64,000 nucleotides of DNA. Origin: Candidatus Falkowbacteria bacterium. Lineage in GTDB: Bacteria > Patescibacteriota > Patescibacteriia > Patescibacteriales > UBA12465. This document shows, piece by piece, positions 41,385 through 51,832 of the stretch (its first letter is position 1; each line of letters opens with the position of its first letter). A program made the position numbers and the translations under genes. A model generated the notes under the pieces. The model saw only the letters and a program-made list of their open reading frames with translations, ran no database searches and was not told the origin of the DNA. The stretch covers positions 11,118-75,117 of the forward strand of contig JBAXLJ010000003.1 of the NCBI GenBank assembly GCA_037134915.1. Direction: 5' to 3'.

Positions 41385-43499
41385 TTAAGCGCGAAGTAAA
41401 ACTCGCACTAATTTAAGCTCGTCATAATTATACTTTCCACCTAAATATTCAAAAACTGGCTTTAATTTTTCATCGCCACATTTGAGGTAGGCCTTTCTCA
41501 TTGCATCAAACCGGTCTCGCGGTAACTTTAGATATTCCAAATCTAAGATCTCGCCCGCATCAATCATTTTTTCAATATGATTAATAATGGTGTCTTGGCT
41601 CAATTTTTCATGCTTAGCAATTCTAGCAATTGGCACCTTTTTTTGAATCAACTCTTTAGTTTTTAAAAAATAGGTTGGTTGTTTAACTTTAATATCAATG
41701 GTTTCAGTCTTTTCTGGTGAAACTAGATTATTAGTTTTAGTAAAATAATTAATCACTTCTAAAAAGATATCTCCATATTGCTCTAACTTTTTAGCGCCAA
41801 CGCCAGTAATTTTAGAAAAGCTCCTAATATCCTTAGGAAAATAATAAGCCATTTCGCGCAGCGAGACGTCACCAAAGATCACAAATGGCGGTACACCGGC
41901 TTCTTCGGCTAATTTTCGTCTAAGTTCCCGTAAGATACCAAATAATTCCCCGTTATAATCCAGTTCGCCTTTTTTAAGGAGCACATCTTTATCGGGCTTA
42001 CTAAGTTCTAAAGTTTCATCACTGTTTAAAAATTTCAAACCTTTACCAGAAATACTTAAAATCGGATACTGGCCATCGGTCTTATTAATATAGCCCAAAC
42101 TAATTAATTGCGAAATAATACTAGTTAGTTCACTGGCTGAATAATCTTTAACAATACCATAAACACTAAGTTTATTATGATGATTAATTTTTATTTTCTG
42201 AGTTTTTTTACCCAGCAAAACTTCGATAATATAATTCTTGCCGTAGTGACTATCACAGCGGATAACCGCTGACATTATTTTTTTAGCAATTTCCGAAGAA
42301 TTAAAAACTTCGTGAACCGTGTTACAACAATCACAAGCCTGACAATAATCATTTTTTAAGTCTTCCCCAAAATATTTTAATAAATATTTACGGCGACAAG
42401 TAGTAAGTTCACAATAATTTAAAACTTCATCGAGTTTTTCTTGGGCGGTGTCGTGAAGTTTTTTATCACTAATTTGATTAATAAAAAATTCATGTTTGCG
42501 AGTATCCGCGTAAGTATAGAATAAAACGCAGTCACTTTTGAGACCGTCACGCCCGGCCCGACCGATTTCTTGATAATAACCTTCCAGTGTCTTAGGAAAA
42601 GTATAATGAACCACTAAACGCACATCCGGCTTATCAATTCCCATGCCAAAAGCGATGGTGGCAACAATGATATTTACCTTATCTTTAATAAATAATTCCT
42701 GAGCCAACTTTCTTTGACTGGCTTCGAGTCCTGCGTGATAAGCGCCAGCGTTAAAACCGTTTAGCTTTAGATTTTCAGCAATTTCCTCAGTTTCTTTGCG
42801 GGAATAGCAATAAATAATTACCGAATCATTTTTATATTTTTGTAGCAAGTGAACCAATTTCGGAAAAGCTTGTTTTTTACTGACCACGCTTAAATTTAAA
42901 TTATCCCGATTAAAACTGGAAATAAAAACCGGGGCCTTAGTTAAATTGAGATGTAAAATAATATCTTCCCGCACTTTCTCGGTGGCAGTGGCTGTTAAGG
43001 CAATCACAGGTACCTGAGGAAATAATTTTTTAAGTAGCCCTAAATTGCGGTAATCAGGACGGAAGTCGTGACCCCACTCCGAAATACAATGCGCTTCATC
43101 AACCGCAATCAAACTAATATCTAATTTAAGTAAAAATTCTTGAAAATCCGGCAAAGCAAAACGTTCTGGGGCTAGATATAATATTTTTACATCCTTATTT
43201 ATCACGCGATTTTTTATCTCTTCAATTTTAGCTGGCATTAGCGATGAGTTGATAAACTCAGCTTTAATACCATTGGCGTTTAAAGCATCTACCTGATCTT
43301 TCATTAAAGCGATAAGCGGCGAGATAACAATTGTTAGCCCTGGCAACTTTAAGGCTGGCAACTGGTAACACATGGATTTACCACCACCGGTCGGCATCAG
43401 CACAAAAGAGTCCTTGCCCTGTAAAACATTAGAAATCACCTCCTCTTGTAAAGGGCGAAAAGTGTCATAGCCAAAGTATTTCTTGAGAAGAGTTTTCAT
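41385..43499 (-). CDS. recQ: ATP-dependent DNA helicase RecQ (with RQC, HRDC and an extra C-terminal HTH-like domain)
   Basis: The start at 43499 ([18 protein letters not shown]) is preferred. Motifs [40 protein letters not shown], Zn-finger CxxCDxC. HRDC-like [20 protein letters not shown]. Confidence 0.92.
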   Translation of the reverse strand: MKTLLKKYFGYDTFRPLQEEVISNVLQGKDSFVLMPTGGGKSMCYQLPALKLPGLTIVISPLIALMKDQVDALNANGIKAEFINSSLMPAKIEEIKNRVINKDVKILYLAPERFALPDFQEFLLKLDISLIAVDEAHCISEWGHDFRPDYRNLGLLKKLFPQVPVIALTATATEKVREDIILHLNLTKAPVFISSFNRDNLNLSVVSKKQAFPKLVHLLQKYKNDSVIIYCYSRKETEEIAENLKLNGFNAGAYHAGLEASQRKLAQELFIKDKVNIIVATIAFGMGIDKPDVRLVVHYTFPKTLEGYYQEIGRAGRDGLKSDCVLFYTYADTRKHEFFINQISDKKLHDTAQEKLDEVLNYCELTTCRRKYLLKYFGEDLKNDYCQACDCCNTVHEVFNSSEIAKKIMSAVIRCDSHYGKNYIIEVLLGKKTQKIKINHHNKLSVYGIVKDYSASELTSIISQLISLGYINKTDGQYPILSISGKGLKFLNSDETLELSKPDKDVLLKKGELDYNGELFGILRELRRKLAEEAGVPPFVIFGDVSLREMAYYFPKDIRSFSKITGVGAKKLEQYGDIFLEVINYFTKTNNLVSPEKTETIDIKVKQPTYFLKTKELIQKKVPIARIAKHEKLSQDTIINHIEKMIDAGEILDLEYLKLPRDRFDAMRKAYLKCGDEKLKPVFEYLGGKYNYDELKLVRVLLRA

Positions 43500-43585
43500 A
43501 ATTTTACAACAGAAATTATAGTATATCACATCCAAGCAGATACAAAAAATAAGGTTTTTAGCCTTATTATTTGATTTATCTAGTC

Positions 43586-44275
43586 TTATATTTCTCCAAT
43601 TACTTCCTTATCCATCCTATCTAAGAAATCTTTAAAATAAACCATTCTCTCTTCACCTATCTTTTTGGCGGTAGCGGTATAAAGATTGCTAACTAAAAAC
43701 TTTTCTTTAGTTTCATAGTTAATATGAACGCTGTGTTTTGACTTATCCATAATTCGTCCATTAATTTTGCCATTTGCTAGATTAGCTTTAGCGTAGTCTT
43801 CAATATTGTCTACTTTTTTATAAATTTTAGCTTGATGCTTCCCTATCCAGGCAAAGGCTCTAGCTAAACCAATAGCTCCAGCCGCATCTAGTTTATCAGC
43901 ATCATGAACAATCTTGGCTTCAATAGTTTCTGGTTTATAATTAGTCCGATAACGGTGAGATAAAATACAAGCTTGAACATGTTTAATATCTTCAGCGGAA
44001 AAACCAAAACTTTCCAAAATTGGTTTGGCCATCAGAGCGCCCGCCACCGCATGATCAGTTTGGCCACTGGAATCAGAAGATTCTTTAAAGCCGCCAATAT
44101 CGTGAAGTAAAACAGCCGCCTGCAAAATATCTAAATTAACATTGGGCTCTGTTTTAGCTATCGTCAGAGCTAGATTATAGACTCGCATAATATGATCAAT
44201 ATCATGAGTGGAATCTTTCCCCTGTTTTAATTCTTGCTCTACAATGTCTTTAATTTTCTGAAATTTTTCGGTCAT
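43586..44275 (-). CDS. HD-domain metal-dependent phosphohydrolase
   Basis: 229 aa. HDIDHIMRV ... LLHDIG ... [11 protein letters not shown] motifs. Confidence 0.8.
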   Translation of the reverse strand: MTEKFQKIKDIVEQELKQGKDSTHDIDHIMRVYNLALTIAKTEPNVNLDILQAAVLLHDIGGFKESSDSSGQTDHAVAGALMAKPILESFGFSAEDIKHVQACILSHRYRTNYKPETIEAKIVHDADKLDAAGAIGLARAFAWIGKHQAKIYKKVDNIEDYAKANLANGKINGRIMDKSKHSVHINYETKEKFLVSNLYTATAKKIGEERMVYFKDFLDRMDKEVIGEI

Positions 44276-44286
44276 ACTATAAAAAC

Positions 44287-44805
44287 TTATTTACTGATAA
44301 ATTTTAAATAAACTTCTCTTAACATTCTGGCGTCATCTAAAGCATTATGTTGATTAAACTTTGAAGAATCAATTTTTAATTTATCTAAAAAATTATTGTT
44401 CCAGTCAACCAAAACATCCGGATTAATTCCGAAACTAAAAAGTATAGAGGCAAAATCTATAGGTATCCAATGAAAGTGATTGTTAAAATTATCTAAACCT
44501 AGCAATTTATAGAAATACACCATATCAAATTGATTAATATAAGCCACAACGTAGGGATTTTCGGTACCAACAAAATCTTTTATCAACTCAATGGCTTTGT
44601 CTTTGCTGACTTTTTCTTGTTTTAATGAAGGTAAAATATTTTCCCGGGGCCACTTATCAATCTCCCCATTATAGTCCAATTCTAAATATAATTCCTCGCC
44701 ATTATATTTTACCAAGCCTAATGACAATATCTCTCCTTTATGCGAATCCAATGAAGAAAATTCTGTATCAAAGAATATTATATTTTGCGAATATGGTTTA
44801 ATCAT
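44287..44805 (-). CDS. DEDDh-type 3'-5' exonuclease (DnaQ-like fold)
   Basis: 172 aa. Exo I IIFFDTEFSSLD and Exo III HNALDDARMLREVY. Confidence 0.7.
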   Translation of the reverse strand: MIKPYSQNIIFFDTEFSSLDSHKGEILSLGLVKYNGEELYLELDYNGEIDKWPRENILPSLKQEKVSKDKAIELIKDFVGTENPYVVAYINQFDMVYFYKLLGLDNFNNHFHWIPIDFASILFSFGINPDVLVDWNNNFLDKLKIDSSKFNQHNALDDARMLREVYLKFISK

Positions 44806-44816
44806 AAATATTAGAA

Positions 44817-45371
44817 CTATTTACCAAAATAATTAGCTTCTATAAAATCTAGGGCTTGGAGATTTGCTTCATCGGTCACCAGCTGTCTAGCCCTTGTTAA
44901 GTCCATCCACTCCGCCGAGTAAAATTCTTCCGCTATTTTTAATGGATCAGGATTAAATTCATCCTGATTAACATTGATAAAATGCCAAATATCGAGATGC
45001 AGTCGACACTTTTGCTTAGTTGGATTATTAATCTCGGCCAAAGTTAGCAAAGCAGGCTTGTTTACTTGTAAATTGTCAGCTTTTAAACCCCACTCTTCTT
45101 CAATTTCTCTTGCCACTGTTTCAGCTAAATTTTCACCCTCATCAATGTGACCGCCATTAAAAAGCCATAAACCAGATTTGATATGATGACCAATAAATAA
45201 TTGTTTATTTTTATAATCACAAGCGGCAAAATAAGCGCAGAAATGGCTTTCAGCGTTTTCATCTCTAGTTAAATCACCTTCTTTTAATCTATTTTTAAAT
45301 ATCAAAGCAATTTCTTTAGAAGCAGCTTTATCTAATAATCCTTCTATTTCTTGTGTTAATTTATTTTTCAT
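44817..45371 (-). CDS. NUDIX hydrolase
   Basis: 184 aa. Nudix box GGHIDEGENLAETVAREIEEEWG. Confidence 0.85.
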   Translation of the reverse strand: MKNKLTQEIEGLLDKAASKEIALIFKNRLKEGDLTRDENAESHFCAYFAACDYKNKQLFIGHHIKSGLWLFNGGHIDEGENLAETVAREIEEEWGLKADNLQVNKPALLTLAEINNPTKQKCRLHLDIWHFINVNQDEFNPDPLKIAEEFYSAEWMDLTRARQLVTDEANLQALDFIEANYFGK

Positions 45372-45376
45372 ATAGC

Positions 45377-45709
45377 TTATAGATAATCGACTATTTTTTC
45401 CAAATCACCGTTTAAAGCGATTGGCTTCATATCAATTATTTCATCAACGTAATGAATTCTTTCGCTTCTCTCTGGTATTTGGTTGTATAAGAATATTTTC
45501 TTATCATGGCCATAAGCAAAACCCATTTCCATCAAGGTGCTGCCACCAATATAATTATCTATTCCCTTTTTGGTTAAATTTAAAACCAAGATAGCGTCAG
45601 AATTTTTAATAAAATTCCAATATCTTTTTATCATATCAACTGACTCTAACTCTCGTAATAAAATATCACCGGCCTCGGCTTTTATTTTAAGAAATTCTTC
45701 GTAAGACAT
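45377..45709 (-). CDS. C-terminal ~110 aa of a nucleoside 2-deoxyribosyltransferase-like (NDT-like Rossmannoid) protein
   Basis: SDAILVLNLTKKGIDNYIGGSTLMEMGFAYGHDKKIFLYN...ALNGDL matches the small NDT-like proteins I recall from archaea/CPR. The frame stays open upstream to 45784, and the family's N-terminal strand is encoded in another frame (see next feature). Confidence 0.6.
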   Translation of the reverse strand: MSYEEFLKIKAEAGDILLRELESVDMIKRYWNFIKNSDAILVLNLTKKGIDNYIGGSTLMEMGFAYGHDKKIFLYNQIPERSERIHYVDEIIDMKPIALNGDLEKIVDYL

Positions 45710-45720
45710 TTCACCATCAG

Positions 45721-45834
45721 CTATTTTTTGAGTAAAATATGGAATATTAACAGAGTGTCCTTTTTTTCTAACTCGTTTTTTATTTTAAGGATTTCTGGCG
45801 TAAAGTCTATACTAGAACAAATAGTAATTATCAT
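45721..45834 (-). pseudogene. Out-of-frame N-terminal fragment of the NDT-like gene (MIITICSSIDFTPEILKIKNELEKK...)
   Basis: ATG at 45834. After 25 codons the frame hits GAA AAA AAG (heptamer A_AAA_AAG, 45766-45760). The 0 frame stops at TAG 45723-45721. The -1 frame continues GHSVNIPYFTQKIADGEMSYEEF into the 45709 ORF, for 152 aa in total. Confidence 0.65.
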
Positions 45835-45838
45835 ATTA

Positions 45839-47545
45839 TTATTTTTTTTTACCATCCAAACAAACTTTAACAAACTCTACAAATAAAGGGTGTGGGGCCA
45901 AAGGGCGAGAAATATATTCTGGATGGAATTGCACACCAATGAAAAATGGGTGATTTTTAAGTTCAATGGCTTCCACGATTTCGCCATCCGGTGAAGTACC
46001 GGCAATAACGAGCCCTAGATTTTCAAACATGGAACGATAATCATTATTAAATTCGTAGCGATGACGATGTCGTTCGCTAACTACTTTATCTTTGGTAAAT
46101 TTTGCATAAGCCGCAGCTAAATGAGTTCCAGCCTGAAGCTGACAAGGCCAACCACCTAAGCGAATAGTACCACCATAGCCCTTCTCCGCAATAATTTTTT
46201 CTTGCCCCGGCATAATATGAATAACTGGATTTTTGGTCTTAGCATCACATTCAGCGGAGTTAGCATCTTTTAGTCCGGCTACATTGCGTGCAAACTCAAT
46301 TACCGCCATTTGCATGCCATAACATAAACCAAAATAAGGAATACCCTTTTCACGGCAATACTTAATGGTCGCAATTTTGCCTTCAGAGCCACGTCCACCC
46401 CAACCTTGGGGCACAATAATGCCATCTAAACCTTTTAAAATTTTAACACCATCACGTTCCACATCTTCCGCATTTAACCAATGCAAATTAACCTTGGTTT
46501 GATTTTCCGCCCCCGCATGCTTCACCGCTTCAATCACCGAAATATAGGAATCAGTTAAAGAAAAATCGCCACTCGAAAAATACTTACCCACAATACCAAT
46601 TTCGACATGATGTTTTGGATGTTTGATGATTGAAACCATCTTTTTCCACTCCGCGTTTTGAATTTCTTTATTTCTAAGGGGCAAGGACAACTTAGCTAAA
46701 AGTCTTTCACTAATATTATCTTTCTCAAAGTTCAAAGGAATATCATAAATTGAATCCGCATCAGGCGCACTAATTACATCTTCCATGGCTACATTACAAT
46801 TAAGGGCTAACTTTTCTTTACGGTGATTATCCAGGGGTTTTTCGCTACGAGCGACAATCATATCGGGTTGAATACCAGCCCCCTGAAGATTACGAACCGC
46901 GTGCTGCGTCGGTTTAGTTTTCATTTCCCCAATCATGTTTGGTACCGGTAAATAAGATACTATAACTGTCAGCACATCTTTGGGATGATAAAACTTCATC
47001 ATTCTCGCCGCTTCTAAAAATAGTAGATTTTCATATTCCCCAACGGTGCCACCAATTTCAATAATCATAATCTCGGCCCCAGTCTTATCAACTGCTTTAT
47101 TAATCCGGTCGCAGATTTCCATTGGAATATGAGGCACTACTTGGACACATTTACCTTTATACTCTAAATTTCTTTCTTTCTGAATAACACTTTGATAGAC
47201 ACGACCAGTCGTCATGTAATTTATTTTATAGATATTGGTGTTTAAAAAACGTTCGTAGTTTCCTAAGTCTTGATCAGTTTCATCACCATCTTCGGTCACA
47301 AAAACTTCGCCGTGCTCAATCGGATTCATCGTGCCGGCGTCAATGTTAATATATGGGTCCATTTTCACCGCACTCACTTTATAACCGCGACTCTGCAGAA
47401 TTTGACCAATCGAAGCAGCGGTAATTCCTTTACCAACGCCAGACATCACCCCGCCAACCACAAAAATATATTTAGTATCTAAGGGTTTAGCTTTTTTTAC
47501 TTTAAGATTTTTTTTAGTGACGCTTGGCTTGTTTAATTTTGGCAT
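45839..47545 (-). CDS. pyrG: CTP synthase
   Basis: 568 aa. GGVMSGVGKGITAAS. Glutamine amidotransferase domain GLCYGMQ ... HRHRYEFN ... QFHPE. Confidence 0.95.
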   Translation of the reverse strand: MPKLNKPSVTKKNLKVKKAKPLDTKYIFVVGGVMSGVGKGITAASIGQILQSRGYKVSAVKMDPYINIDAGTMNPIEHGEVFVTEDGDETDQDLGNYERFLNTNIYKINYMTTGRVYQSVIQKERNLEYKGKCVQVVPHIPMEICDRINKAVDKTGAEIMIIEIGGTVGEYENLLFLEAARMMKFYHPKDVLTVIVSYLPVPNMIGEMKTKPTQHAVRNLQGAGIQPDMIVARSEKPLDNHRKEKLALNCNVAMEDVISAPDADSIYDIPLNFEKDNISERLLAKLSLPLRNKEIQNAEWKKMVSIIKHPKHHVEIGIVGKYFSSGDFSLTDSYISVIEAVKHAGAENQTKVNLHWLNAEDVERDGVKILKGLDGIIVPQGWGGRGSEGKIATIKYCREKGIPYFGLCYGMQMAVIEFARNVAGLKDANSAECDAKTKNPVIHIMPGQEKIIAEKGYGGTIRLGGWPCQLQAGTHLAAAYAKFTKDKVVSERHRHRYEFNNDYRSMFENLGLVIAGTSPDGEIVEAIELKNHPFFIGVQFHPEYISRPLAPHPLFVEFVKVCLDGKKK

Positions 47546-47549
47546 AGGG

Positions 47550-47578
47550 TTGACAAAGATTAATTTAAGTTGTATATA
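47550..47578 (+). promoter_or_regulatory. Putative promoter for the 47629 gene
   Basis: TTGACA (47550-47555), 17-nt spacer, TATATA (47573-47578). Confidence 0.5.
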
Positions 47579-47628
47579 TAAAATATCAAATTATTAGTTC
47601 ATTTAATCTAATTTTGGAGGGGAAAATT

Positions 47629-47907
47629 ATGACGTTTATTAATGAAACAAACTACACGATTTTAAAAATCGGAATTTGGTTTATGGTTGTGGCTGACATC
47701 CAGGACACCGAGGTTAAAACCAAGAACTTTGATGATTTTGTTCGGAAGATTTCAGAGAAGAACGAAATTATGGAGGCTTATCACGATGGTTCACTGGAAT
47801 TTGATGAGAGCGTCTCGACCGAATTACAGGAAGAGATAAAAACCGCTCTCGACAACGTCATGTTTGACGAAAGCATTATGTCAGACATTTCGGAAAACGC
47901 CGATTAA
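47629..47907 (+). CDS. Hypothetical small acidic protein
   Basis: The ATG at 47629, preceded by GGAGGGG, is preferred over the TTG at 47614. 92 aa with an acidic C-terminal half. No family recognised. Confidence 0.45.
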   Translation: MTFINETNYTILKIGIWFMVVADIQDTEVKTKNFDDFVRKISEKNEIMEAYHDGSLEFDESVSTELQEEIKTALDNVMFDESIMSDISENAD

Positions 47908-47940
47908 AAAAGAACACAAAAAAACAAGTAGTCGCAAAGA

Positions 47941-49257
47941 CTACTTGATTTTTTTTACAGGAACTTTAGCTGGTGCGACCGCTGGCTTTAGCAATAAATC
48001 AACCGCCTTCTGTAATTGTGGATCCTTATTCTTTTCAACATCAGCCGCGGTTAGTTTAACTTCAACCTGGGGCGCCAAGCCCTTTTCGTTGATGAAATCT
48101 CCATTAGGCGTCATCCAGGTGGCAATAGTAATCTTGATCGAAGAACCATCGCTTAAATCACGAACTGTTTGAACTGAACCTTTACCAAAAGTCTGTTCAC
48201 CGACTAAGGTCGCTTTCTTATAATCACGCAAAGCACCGGAAACAATTTCTGAGGCCGAAGCGCTGCCGCCATTAACTAAAACTATAGTTTTAAATGAATC
48301 TAAACGAGGATTACCTAAGGCTGGATATTCGTTACGCTTACCATCACCAAACTGCTCCAAAACGACCGGACCGGCTTTAACCCACTCACTAGCCATGGCC
48401 ACGGCTGTGTCTAGATAGCCGCCCGGATTATTTCTTAAATCTAAGATTATACCCTTAGGTTTCTTAGCCACTATTTCCTTAACGGCCGCCTGAAATAACG
48501 ACAAAGTATCGTCATTAAAGTTACTAACCTTAATTAAAACTAAACCATCTGGTCGGTAAGTGACATTAACGCTTTTAACAACAATTGTACCGCGAACAAT
48601 TTTAATTTCTCGAGGGTTCGTTTCTTTGTCTCGAATGATAGTTAAAGAAACCGTAGTACCTTTAGTGCCTCTAATTTTTTTAACCGCCTCGTCGACAGTT
48701 AGACCTAAAGCACTTTTACCATCAATGGCATAAACTTTGTCCCCTGCTTTAAGACCAGCTTTTTCAGCGGGCATCCCAGAAAGAGGAGCGATAACCGTTA
48801 CAATATTATTTCTCATGCCAATTTCGGCACCAATACCTTCAAAAGTACCCGCTAAATCATTAGAAAATTCTTTGGTTTCAGATGGGGTCATAAAAACTGT
48901 ATAAGGATCATTCATGGAAGCGGCTAAACCTTTAATAGAGCCGTAAAACATATCCTTGTCTTTGATTTTATTCTTATAAACAAAATCTGAGCGCAGGGAG
49001 TCCCAAGCTTCTAAATAAACATTAAAATCAAAAGCATCTTCGCTTTTAACCGTTGTACTGGTATCCCCTAGGGCTACAGGTCGATCTTTAGCCGACTTTC
49101 CCTGCCCTAAGTAAAAACCGCCACCAAAAGAAACCAAAACCAATAAGATCAAAAGAATACCTAAAAAACTACGACGCTTATTTTTTTTCTTTCCTGAAAT
49201 AATTGGATAAGAAGCGGCGACATTTTCTTCTTCAGTTTTGTTTAAATTATTTTCCAT
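47941..49257 (-). CDS. S41 carboxy-terminal processing peptidase (PDZ-containing)
   Basis: 438 aa. N-terminal TM. PDZ (GMPAEKAGLKAGDKVYAIDG). Catalytic region (LVNGGSASASEI ... GKGS). Confidence 0.9.
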   Translation of the reverse strand: MENNLNKTEEENVAASYPIISGKKKNKRRSFLGILLILLVLVSFGGGFYLGQGKSAKDRPVALGDTSTTVKSEDAFDFNVYLEAWDSLRSDFVYKNKIKDKDMFYGSIKGLAASMNDPYTVFMTPSETKEFSNDLAGTFEGIGAEIGMRNNIVTVIAPLSGMPAEKAGLKAGDKVYAIDGKSALGLTVDEAVKKIRGTKGTTVSLTIIRDKETNPREIKIVRGTIVVKSVNVTYRPDGLVLIKVSNFNDDTLSLFQAAVKEIVAKKPKGIILDLRNNPGGYLDTAVAMASEWVKAGPVVLEQFGDGKRNEYPALGNPRLDSFKTIVLVNGGSASASEIVSGALRDYKKATLVGEQTFGKGSVQTVRDLSDGSSIKITIATWMTPNGDFINEKGLAPQVEVKLTAADVEKNKDPQLQKAVDLLLKPAVAPAKVPVKKIK

Positions 49258-49261
49258 ACAA

Positions 49262-49855
49262 TTATTGTCTTACAATTATTAATTCTCCGCTCATTAAATC
49301 AACTATTTTTGAAGCTTGATTGTTTAAGGTTCCGCTATCTACAATCAGATTCGGATCATTCTTAGTTAAAATATGATTAGCAAAAAAATCGACTTGACTG
49401 AGCACCGGTTCACCGCTCAAATTAAAACTAGTAGAGACGATGGGGACCCGGACCATCCTTATTATTTTACGCAAAAAATCACTTTTAGGCAAACGGATTG
49501 CTAGCCCTTTCTGATCGGGCGCCAGTTCTTTAGCTAAAAGATTGCGCTGTTTTAGAATAACCGAGGTGGGACGATTATTAGCCCAAACTTTTTTCAAAAT
49601 AATTTCTTGTTTCTTAGAAATAAAACAATACTTCTTGGCCATATTAAGACTGGAAACCAGAATTAGAAGCGGTTTACTTGCCTCTCTTTTTTTAATAGCC
49701 TTAATTTTTTTAATAGCCTTTTCATTGGTCGCCAAGCAACCTAGGCCATAAATGGTGTCCGTTGGATAAACAATGACTTCTCCGGCCATTAAAGACTTAA
49801 CAATAAGCGCTGTTTCAGCGCCTGTTATTTTTTTAGGGTTAATTTTTAAATACAT
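49262..49855 (-). CDS. tsaC: L-threonylcarbamoyladenylate synthase (YrdC/TsaC family)
   Basis: 197 aa. VIVYPTDTIYGLGC and RLP...PIVSTSFNLSG motifs. Confidence 0.85.
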   Translation of the reverse strand: MYLKINPKKITGAETALIVKSLMAGEVIVYPTDTIYGLGCLATNEKAIKKIKAIKKREASKPLLILVSSLNMAKKYCFISKKQEIILKKVWANNRPTSVILKQRNLLAKELAPDQKGLAIRLPKSDFLRKIIRMVRVPIVSTSFNLSGEPVLSQVDFFANHILTKNDPNLIVDSGTLNNQASKIVDLMSGELIIVRQ

Positions 49856-49856
49856 A

Positions 49857-50375
49857 TTATCCGATAATTGATTTTAAGGTTTTTAGCGCTTCTGGTAAAA
49901 ACGGCATAATAATCGTGGCTACTTTAATAAGCCAAGGGGCTACGTGTGAACTAACTAACTGTCCACCCATTAAACTGCCTATCCAGGCATAACGAGCGGC
50001 TACAAACAAGATTAACCCTAAAGCCAAAGCCCCTTCGATAAAACCCAATATACCCCCGAGTAAACGATTAATTAGCTTAGTAAAAGGAATAATGGATATT
50101 AGGTCAAAAATCTTTTCAATTAAAATAAAGGCGACACTAACTACGCCCGCCACCACTACAAATAGAATCACAAATGACAAAAACTTTTCTGTGCCCATGC
50201 TAAAGCCGGTCCAGTTCTTGGCCCAATCATAAAAGACTAAGTAGAAGTGAGAGGCGACATAGGAAGCGATAATTAAGCCCACTACCTGCCCCAATAATCT
50301 AATTAATCCTTTGGCTAGACCATTACCGATAAACCCCGCCAAGATAACGAGTAGACCGATGTCAAAATATGACAT
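49857..50375 (-). CDS. CvpA-family membrane protein
   Basis: 172 aa with 4 TM helices. MSYFDIGLLVILAGFIGNGLAKGLIR N-terminus, typical of CvpA. Confidence 0.7.
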   Translation of the reverse strand: MSYFDIGLLVILAGFIGNGLAKGLIRLLGQVVGLIIASYVASHFYLVFYDWAKNWTGFSMGTEKFLSFVILFVVVAGVVSVAFILIEKIFDLISIIPFTKLINRLLGGILGFIEGALALGLILFVAARYAWIGSLMGGQLVSSHVAPWLIKVATIIMPFLPEALKTLKSIIG

Positions 50376-50401
50376 AATTATTAAAAATAAATTAATAAAC
50401 T

Positions 50402-51829
50402 TTAAACTAAACGCGGAAATAAAGATTCGCTTTTTTTAATCTGAGGCTCACTAAATTGATTAATTAACTTACTGGCAGTTTCAGGCATAAATATTTGCAA
50501 ATATTTAGCCACATTTAAGATATCCTGGGCAATCGGTGTCAAAACGGTTTTGATTGCCTCTCTGTCAGTCATTTTCCAAGGAGCGGCCGCTGATATTTTT
50601 TCATTACAATTTCTAATTTGATCCCAGAGACACAAGAGAGCTTCATTAAACTTATAAGCATTTATCAGTTTCTCAAAATCACCGGACCAAATGGCGCCAC
50701 CCACCTTTAAATTTGTTTCAATTTCATTCTTTTCTAGCAAAGTGGCGACTCTGGACGCTAAATTACCAAGTCCATTAGCCAGATCGGCATTAAATTTTAA
50801 ACGTAAGCGTTCTTCTGAAAAATCACCGTCCTCAAAAGGCAAGATATCGGATAATAAATAGTAACGCAGGGTGTCGACCCCGTATTTATTAGCAAATTCA
50901 ACCGGATCAACCGTGTTCCCTGAACTCTTAGAAATCTTCTGACCATTAACCGTTAAAAAACCAAAAATTAAAACCTGTTTGGAATTAGGAAGTCCGGCTG
51001 ACATCAGCATCGCTTGCCACATCGCCGTTTGCTGACGCAGATTATCCTTACCGCAGACCTGCATTCCTGGCCAGAATTTCTTATAGTCCCCTTCTGTCTC
51101 CGGCCAACCTAAAGTTGAAATATAATTAACTAAAGCATCAAACCAGACATAGACAACCTGAGTATCATCTCCCGGAACCGGAACGCCATTAGGCATTTTT
51201 GATTTAAGTCGTGAGATACTAAAATCTTGTAAACCGCCAGCAACAAAATTACGAATTTCTTTAAAGCGGTGTTCCGGAATTACAAAATCTGGATTAGCGT
51301 CATAAAATTTTAAAAGCTTCTCGCCATATTTAGAAAAACGAAAAAAATAATTTTCTTCATCAATAATTTCCAGTTCTTGATTGGGGTGAAACTGACAATG
51401 GCCATTTACTAAATCTTGTTCCGTTTTTTCCAGTTCGCACCCGACACAATATTTAATTTGATAATTCTTTTTATAAATATCACCGTTCGCTTCACAGCGC
51501 TTCCAAAATTCTTGAGCTGACGCTACGTGATTTTCATCGGTCGTGCGAATAAAATTAGTAAAGCTTAAATTTAAAAGTTCCTTCAAGGATTTAAATTTAT
51601 CAGCATAAGGCTCACAATAATCCCTCACTGACAGACTGGCTTCTTGAGCCTTTTGATAAATTTTAAGCCCGTGTTCATCGGTGCCGGTATTAAAAAAGAC
51701 TTCCTCGCCTTGCAGAGCGTGTAAGCGAGCAATCACGTCCGCTTTAATAAGTTCGGTTGCAAAACCGATATGCGGATTAGAATTGGTATAAGGTAAGGTA
51801 GTAGTAATGTAAAATGGTTTTTGTGACAT
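50402..51829 (-). CDS. metG: Methionyl-tRNA synthetase (short form)
   Basis: 475 aa. TTTLPYTNSNPHIGFA (HIGH-type motif), KISKSSGN (KMSKS-type motif) and a CxxC...CxxH knuckle. Confidence 0.93.
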   Translation of the reverse strand: MSQKPFYITTTLPYTNSNPHIGFATELIKADVIARLHALQGEEVFFNTGTDEHGLKIYQKAQEASLSVRDYCEPYADKFKSLKELLNLSFTNFIRTTDENHVASAQEFWKRCEANGDIYKKNYQIKYCVGCELEKTEQDLVNGHCQFHPNQELEIIDEENYFFRFSKYGEKLLKFYDANPDFVIPEHRFKEIRNFVAGGLQDFSISRLKSKMPNGVPVPGDDTQVVYVWFDALVNYISTLGWPETEGDYKKFWPGMQVCGKDNLRQQTAMWQAMLMSAGLPNSKQVLIFGFLTVNGQKISKSSGNTVDPVEFANKYGVDTLRYYLLSDILPFEDGDFSEERLRLKFNADLANGLGNLASRVATLLEKNEIETNLKVGGAIWSGDFEKLINAYKFNEALLCLWDQIRNCNEKISAAAPWKMTDREAIKTVLTPIAQDILNVAKYLQIFMPETASKLINQFSEPQIKKSESLFPRLV

Positions 51830-51832
51830 ATT

